From positions 640,001 through 704,000 of the forward strand of contig CAXXSL010000013.1 in assembly GCA_963675525.2 (NCBI GenBank): a stretch of 64,000 nt of DNA, read 5' to 3'. Position 1 is the stretch's first letter. Each line of letters begins with the position of its first letter. Under the pieces are notes generated by a model. That model worked only from the letters and a program-made list of their open reading frames with translations, was not told where the DNA came from and made no database searches. The translations under genes and the position numbers were made by a program. Of the stretch, positions 58,417 through 64,000 are shown one piece after another. Origin of the DNA: Anaerohalosphaeraceae bacterium (lineage in GTDB: Bacteria; Planctomycetota; Phycisphaerae; Sedimentisphaerales; Anaerohalosphaeraceae).

Positions 58417-58947
58417 ATGTTAACGAAAGAAGCGTTTATGCAATGGTTTCAACGTGACGTGATGGGCCGGTGGACGACGTGTGCGTTTACGGCGGTGCAG
58501 TTGGATGACTGGTACTGGCGGCTGAAGCGATATGACACCGCCGCGCTGATCGAGGCGGCCCGGCGGCATTATTCCTGCGACGAACCCCGACGGCCGAGTT
58601 TGAAAGCGATCCATGAGTATGCCCTCCAGAAAACCAAACATGCCCGCACTATGGCGGCAGCGAAAGAAACCAACGGCGTGCCGGAAGCGCATACGTATAT
58701 CCAGTGCGTCGACAAAGACGCGGACGGACGGGGATGCGTCGGCTGGTTTGTGCCGGTGCTGCTGTGGCCGTTTCACAACGAGTACACCCAGGCGATGTAT
58801 GACCGCACCGCCGAACAGCAGCGCCTCATGCACACCCGCAGCGCCGGCGGCATCTGGCAAGTCGTTACGCACACAACGCATACCGAAATGATCCATCGCC
58901 GATCAAAACTGACCGGCAAATACGACCGCGTTGAGCAAAACACCTAA
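58417..58947 (+). CDS. Hypothetical phage-like protein (N-terminus reminiscent of helicase loader/inhibitor proteins)
   Basis: AAGGAG RBS; WYWRLKRYDTAALIEAARRHY...PSLKAI pattern; co-oriented with and downstream of the replication gene. The function is inferred. Confidence 0.6.
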   Translation: MLTKEAFMQWFQRDVMGRWTTCAFTAVQLDDWYWRLKRYDTAALIEAARRHYSCDEPRRPSLKAIHEYALQKTKHARTMAAAKETNGVPEAHTYIQCVDKDADGRGCVGWFVPVLLWPFHNEYTQAMYDRTAEQQRLMHTRSAGGIWQVVTHTTHTEMIHRRSKLTGKYDRVEQNT

Positions 58948-59266
58948 AGAAAAGCACCGAAGGGTGTTTCAGTGAAATTGGCATAGGGGAAAATACCCAA
59001 TTTTACAACAGAAATGTGCTTATTATCGGAATATTCTTGCATTTAAGCAGCATCGAATTAAAATTAATGCCGCATCTTAAGGAGAGACTCCTGGCGAGTT
59101 ACAACAGTCGTTGTAGAGATCGAGGTAGAGCGATGAGCGGGAGAAAACAAAAACGGACATTTCTTAACGGTCATTTCCAGGAACTATTTCAGGTCACTAT
59201 CTGCGCCGACCGTGCGCGGTCATTCAATCTAATTTCCAATAACTATCTGTTTGAAAGGGGAAGAAA

Positions 59267-62200
59267 ATGAAACATTCTACAGCCATACATTATTGTGCAT
59301 GTTCACTTTTTATCATTTTATGTAGTCCTTTTATATCAGCAACGACTTATGAGACTGTTCAAATGACTGCCAAAGCGCCTGCCGATGGTCATGACTTCGG
59401 ACAGAATGTTGCGGTAAGCGGCACTTTAGCAATTGTCGGCGCGCCGGGGGATAATCATATGGGCGACAACGCAGGTTCTGCATACATTTATGAGTATTCC
59501 GGCGGAAAATGGCAGTATGTAACCCAGTTGTATGCCTCGGATGCGGCCGAAGATGATGCTTTTGGATCTTCAGTTGCGATTGATGGGACGCATATCCTTG
59601 TGGGAGCACCGCGAGACGACAATAATACCGGCAGTGTCTATGCTTTCCAATCAAGCGGAGGGGTATGGACTCAAATCCAGAAAATCACCGCCTCCGATGC
59701 GGCGGTCAACACCCATTTTGGCAATGCCGTGGATATCAGCGGAACCCGTGCGATTATAGGTTCCGTTTTTGCAACCGGAAACGCATCATTGACCGGAGCT
59801 GCTTATATGTTCTCCTTTAACGGGACAATCTGGAATCAAACCGGAAAGGTATACAGCGCTGATGGTGTGGCTTATGAACGATTTGGGCATTCTGTCGCGA
59901 TTGATGGTACGCTGTCGGTTGTTGGGGCGCCTTATGATGAAGATAATGGATCACGTTCCGGTTCAGTGTTTGTATATTATCCTGACAAAACCGGTGTTTG
60001 GAGGCTGGACGAAAAGCTGACTGCATCCGATGGCAGTGCCTGGGATGAATTCGGTACATCCGTCGATATCGATGGGGATTATCTTATTGCCGGAGCTCCG
60101 ATAGCCTGGGGATCGGTACTGGATTCCGGGGCGGCCTATGCTTTTCACAGAATCAGTGCCGTATGGTACGAGGAAGATAAATTAGTGCCCTCAGTTTCCG
60201 CCGACATTGACTTCGGCATAGCGGTTTCCATTTCCGGTTCAAAAGCAGTGATTGGAGCTTACGGCTATGATCTGCCGGGAGGAACAGGGATAAATGTGGG
60301 TGAAGCGTTCTGCTTCACGCGGAGTGGAACAGACTGGACTGAAACCCAGATCTTAACTGACAGTGAAGCCAATCAATATGATTACTTTGGAACCAGCGTC
60401 GGAATCGACGGCAATCATATTCTTTGCGGGGCCCCGGAAGAAGATTCCCACGGGCAAAACGCCGGAGCGGCGTACTGGTATTACTGGACCGGCAGCACAT
60501 ATCAGCAGATTGCAAAGAAAGCGCCGGATGATGCTTCAGAAGGTGATGTGTTTGGTTCGTCTGTTGCAATCAGCGGGAAGGACATTATTGTAGGAGCACA
60601 ATTTGACGATGACAATCAAATGTACAGCGGTTCGGCATATCTCTTTGAATTGGGCTCGGGGGTTCCCTACCAGAAGCTGACTGCTGCGGATGCAGGTTCT
60701 TATGATTATTTTGGATATTCTGTAGCCCTCGATAGTGATTATGCCCTCGCAGGAGCCTGGGCTGCTGCTGGAAATACGAATAGTTCAGGCGCTGCATACA
60801 TATTTAATCGATCCGGTGATACCTGGACTCAGCAGGATAAACTGGTCGCCAGTGATGGCGCCGATGATGATCGTTTCGGCATATCCGTAGATATGGAAGG
60901 AATATATGCCTTGATCGGAGCACTCGATGATGACTTTGGAAATTATTCCGGATCGGCATATGTGTTTACCCGCAGCGGCTCGTCATGGTCTCAAACAGAA
61001 AAGATGACCGCTTCAGATGGAGCCACTAGCGATGAATTTGGCCACTCCGTTTCACTTAGTGGAGATCGGTGTGTTATTGGAGCATGGAAAAATAATAATG
61101 TTGCCGCCAATGCAGGCGCAGCGTATCTGTTTCAACGTTCCGGTTCCGACTGGATTGAGCAACAAAAACTCACCGCATCGGATGCGGCATATGATGACCG
61201 TTTTGGATCGGGGGTTGCTATCAGCGGTGATTATGTCGTTGTCGGTGCCATGTATGATGATGATGGCGGAAGCAACAGCGGCTCGGCATATATTTTCCAC
61301 TACAACGGTTCCACCTGGATTCAGGAAGCCAAGATAACGGCCGGTGATCCTGGTGAAGATGCCCGTTTTGGAAGTGCAGTTGCTATCGACGGTGCTTATG
61401 TGGTGGTGGGTGCGCCTTATTATGGGGCCGCGGGCTCCCAAAATGGTGCCATCTACCTGTTCGAACGCAATGGAACTTCATGGACGCAGATTGCAAAATT
61501 TGCTGCATCAAACCTCGACGAGCATGATAATCTCGGAAATGCCGTGTGTATTCAGGACCACGCCGTCGTCGGCGGAGCAACAGGAAACGATACGCACCAT
61601 GATGCTTCCGGTGCCGCCTACCTGTTTGCCCGCCCCGGGGTAGAAAAACAGTTTGATTTTAATGACAGTACTGTACAGCAATGGACTCTCGAAGGCGCCT
61701 ACGATGAAAACGGAAACGGTCCCTACTCCAGTAACTTTACAAACGGCTGGAATGACGTATTTAACTATCCAACGGATCCGGGTGCGGATCCGTCCGGAGA
61801 TGGAAACGGTTCGATCCAGATGTACACACCGGATCATCACGGGATTACAGGAATTTCAACCGACTGGTATATCATGCGGTTTCGTTCGCCCAACCTGAGC
61901 GGGTATGCCAACTGGCAGCAGGCTTTTGCCTATACGTGCAGAATTCATGATGACATGAGCATAGGGTCTACGGATCTGTATTCGAACCAGTATTGCAAAG
62001 TGTATGACAAGGACCAGGAAGAAATCCGGTATTTCTATTCCGGTACAGCTCAAGAGATTTCCACCTCACAATGGTCATATCGAAATTTTAACTGGTCAGG
62101 ACTTGCCGGATTCCCGGATTCTTACGTGCTGATGGATGTTTTTGTCAATGTTTGGGGATTGATCGATCACCCGTATGAGCCGATTGAACTAAGTGGTTCG

Positions 62201-64000
62201 GTTTGCCTGGATGACGTCTTTGCAACCCGCCCTCTGCATGTGACCTATCCAAATGGAAGCGAAACTCTCCTGAGCGGGCAAACCCGTTCCATTACGTGGG
62301 ATCGCCAAGGCAGTATATCCCAGGTAAACATTGACTATTCTACCGATAACGGTCAGACCTGGGTACCGGTCAGTCCGCCCAACAGCGGAAATACCGGTTC
62401 CTATTCCTGGCTGGTTCCGGCGGTCTTCAGCTCTCAATGCTTGGTCCGCGTGACCGACGCCTCCAATGCATCGACATTTGATACCAGTGATGACGTATTT
62501 ACGATTCGGGCGGACCGGTTATATGTCAATGTAAATGTCGTCGGCGGCCTGGAAGATGGTTCGTCCTGGGCCAATGCCTTTAAGCAAATGCAGGAAGCTC
62601 TGGCATCTGCTGTGGATGGAGATGAAATCTGGGTGGCCCAGGGCACTTATCTGCCGGATCCGACCGGCCTGTCCAATGCACGAGACGCAACATTCCAACT
62701 CATTAATGGTGTTGCGATCTACGGCGGGTTTGCCGGGACCGAAACCGCGGTTAGTCAGCGCGACATCGATAACAACGTAACAATTCTCTCAGGGGATATC
62801 GGAACGACCTCCGATGCTTCGGATAATTGTTATCATGTAGTAATGGGCTCGGGTACCGATAGCACGGCCGTGATGGACGGCTTCACCGTCACCGCAGGCA
62901 ACGCCAACGGCGGTTACCACCCGGCGAATAAAGGCGGCGGTTTGTACAATAATCCCGGCAGCCCGACAATTCAACGATGTACATTCCTCCAAAACTCGGC
63001 GTTGGGACATCGCGGCGGTGGTGTATTCAATATGAACGGCAGTCACCCAACGATTAGCGAATGTGTTTTCCAGGAGAATACCGGCGGCGATGGCGGCGGG
63101 ATGACCAATGAGTCCAATTGCAGCCCCACAATTACAGATTGTATATTCCTCTCGAACGAAACCGCTGTCGGGCCATGGACCAGCTCGGGCGGTTCGGGCG
63201 GTGCAATCCATAACCGCGTTAACAGCAGCCCAGTCATCGAACGCTGCACGTTCCTGGACAATCAGAGCGGCGATGACGCCGGGGCAATCATGAACTATTC
63301 GGGCTGTTATCCTGTTATCAAGAACTGCATCTTCAGCGGCAACAGTTCCAATGATAAAGGCGGGGCAATCTATGTCAGAACCACCTGTGGTGCGACGGTT
63401 ACGAACAGTACTTTCTATAACAATTCGGCCGACTTCGGAGGAGGAGTCTATATCTGGAGTAACGGGGATGCTGTACTGGAAAACTGCATTCTGTGGGCCA
63501 ATACCGCATCCTATGGAAGCCAGATTGGCTGCGATAATGTGAGCACCGCATCTGTTCGGTATTGTGATGTTCAGGGTGGGATGGGAGGCATTGATATTGA
63601 CGGTACCAGTTCTGTTACATGGGGACTGGGCAACATTGATGTCGACCCACTGTTCTATAACCCGGCATCCGATGATTTCCATTTGCAAAGCTATGGCTGG
63701 CGGTGGGATCCGGTTTCACAATCGTGGGACTTCGACAGTGTGACCAGCCAGTGTGCCGATGCCGGTTGCCCGGGCTATCCGCTGGGAGACGAACTGTTGA
63801 CAATCCCCGATGATCCCGGTCATAACTATGGAATCAATGTTCGCATCAACATGGGTGCTTACGGCGGCACAGCAGAGGCCACAATGCCGTATCATAACAA
63901 CGCCGTTTTAACGGACGTCAACAATGACGGGATCTCCAACCTCGTCGACTTGAGCGAACTGTCTCTTGAATGGATGACATCCGGAGACAAACTGCCGTGT
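59267..64000 (+). CDS. Very large secreted protein: FG-GAP repeats, beta-helix region and dockerin-like motif (partial; runs off the window end)
   Basis: Not in the ORF track; manual translation gives MKHSTAIHYC..., repeated ASDxxxxDxFGxSVAIxGxxxxVGA, DGSSWANAF, INMGAYGGT, DVNNDGISNLVDL. Start and end are in the same frame. Confidence 0.9.
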   Translation, partial: MKHSTAIHYCACSLFIILCSPFISATTYETVQMTAKAPADGHDFGQNVAVSGTLAIVGAPGDNHMGDNAGSAYIYEYSGGKWQYVTQLYASDAAEDDAFGSSVAIDGTHILVGAPRDDNNTGSVYAFQSSGGVWTQIQKITASDAAVNTHFGNAVDISGTRAIIGSVFATGNASLTGAAYMFSFNGTIWNQTGKVYSADGVAYERFGHSVAIDGTLSVVGAPYDEDNGSRSGSVFVYYPDKTGVWRLDEKLTASDGSAWDEFGTSVDIDGDYLIAGAPIAWGSVLDSGAAYAFHRISAVWYEEDKLVPSVSADIDFGIAVSISGSKAVIGAYGYDLPGGTGINVGEAFCFTRSGTDWTETQILTDSEANQYDYFGTSVGIDGNHILCGAPEEDSHGQNAGAAYWYYWTGSTYQQIAKKAPDDASEGDVFGSSVAISGKDIIVGAQFDDDNQMYSGSAYLFELGSGVPYQKLTAADAGSYDYFGYSVALDSDYALAGAWAAAGNTNSSGAAYIFNRSGDTWTQQDKLVASDGADDDRFGISVDMEGIYALIGALDDDFGNYSGSAYVFTRSGSSWSQTEKMTASDGATSDEFGHSVSLSGDRCVIGAWKNNNVAANAGAAYLFQRSGSDWIEQQKLTASDAAYDDRFGSGVAISGDYVVVGAMYDDDGGSNSGSAYIFHYNGSTWIQEAKITAGDPGEDARFGSAVAIDGAYVVVGAPYYGAAGSQNGAIYLFERNGTSWTQIAKFAASNLDEHDNLGNAVCIQDHAVVGGATGNDTHHDASGAAYLFARPGVEKQFDFNDSTVQQWTLEGAYDENGNGPYSSNFTNGWNDVFNYPTDPGADPSGDGNGSIQMYTPDHHGITGISTDWYIMRFRSPNLSGYANWQQAFAYTCRIHDDMSIGSTDLYSNQYCKVYDKDQEEIRYFYSGTAQEISTSQWSYRNFNWSGLAGFPDSYVLMDVFVNVWGLIDHPYEPIELSGSVCLDDVFATRPLHVTYPNGSETLLSGQTRSITWDRQGSISQVNIDYSTDNGQTWVPVSPPNSGNTGSYSWLVPAVFSSQCLVRVTDASNASTFDTSDDVFTIRADRLYVNVNVVGGLEDGSSWANAFKQMQEALASAVDGDEIWVAQGTYLPDPTGLSNARDATFQLINGVAIYGGFAGTETAVSQRDIDNNVTILSGDIGTTSDASDNCYHVVMGSGTDSTAVMDGFTVTAGNANGGYHPANKGGGLYNNPGSPTIQRCTFLQNSALGHRGGGVFNMNGSHPTISECVFQENTGGDGGGMTNESNCSPTITDCIFLSNETAVGPWTSSGGSGGAIHNRVNSSPVIERCTFLDNQSGDDAGAIMNYSGCYPVIKNCIFSGNSSNDKGGAIYVRTTCGATVTNSTFYNNSADFGGGVYIWSNGDAVLENCILWANTASYGSQIGCDNVSTASVRYCDVQGGMGGIDIDGTSSVTWGLGNIDVDPLFYNPASDDFHLQSYGWRWDPVSQSWDFDSVTSQCADAGCPGYPLGDELLTIPDDPGHNYGINVRINMGAYGGTAEATMPYHNNAVLTDVNNDGISNLVDLSELSLEWMTSGDKLPC

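Noticed and set aside
59331..63803. Many short ORFs, including 62789-63688 (-), suggesting a fragmented region
   Set aside because: They are shadows of one long + strand ORF from 59267 that the track omits because it has no stop in the window.
1..64000. tRNA, rRNA, CRISPR array, or complete prophage
   Set aside because: No cloverleaf or rRNA signature, no regular repeat-spacer array, and no integrase or virion genes were recognised.

Overview
Bacterial chromosomal window, most likely Planctomycetota/Phycisphaerae (inferred from the PEP-CTERM protein and the many secreted proteins with dockerin/EF-hand-like tails). The left part has housekeeping genes: mutS, a TrmE/MnmE-like GTPase, coaX and obgE. 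Three genes in 13-16 kb are frameshifted, probably by assembly errors. This part also has a HEPN-MNT toxin-antitoxin pair and a REP-associated tyrosine transposase with two REP families. The right part has six co-oriented phage-like genes (HTH, ABC ATPase, GNAT, ParB, replication initiator, loader-like protein) spread over 35 kb by accessory genes, mostly secreted or membrane proteins. Main observation: accessory genes are stacked as cassettes against the ends of conserved genes, and each cassette is bounded by a short diverged copy of the anchor gene's terminus. There are 4 copies of the mutS 3' end, 4 of the replication-gene 5' end, 1 of its 3' end, 1 of the 5' end of the 58417 gene, and weaker cases. 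No integrase, attC sites or CRISPR array is seen in the window. Other candidates: a promoter-hairpin-terminator-NYN RNase unit resembling a type III toxin-antitoxin, a radical SAM/SPASM enzyme beside lipoproteins with three GAMCY domains, and an anti-Shine-Dalgarno sRNA. All alignments were done by eye; no database searches were run.
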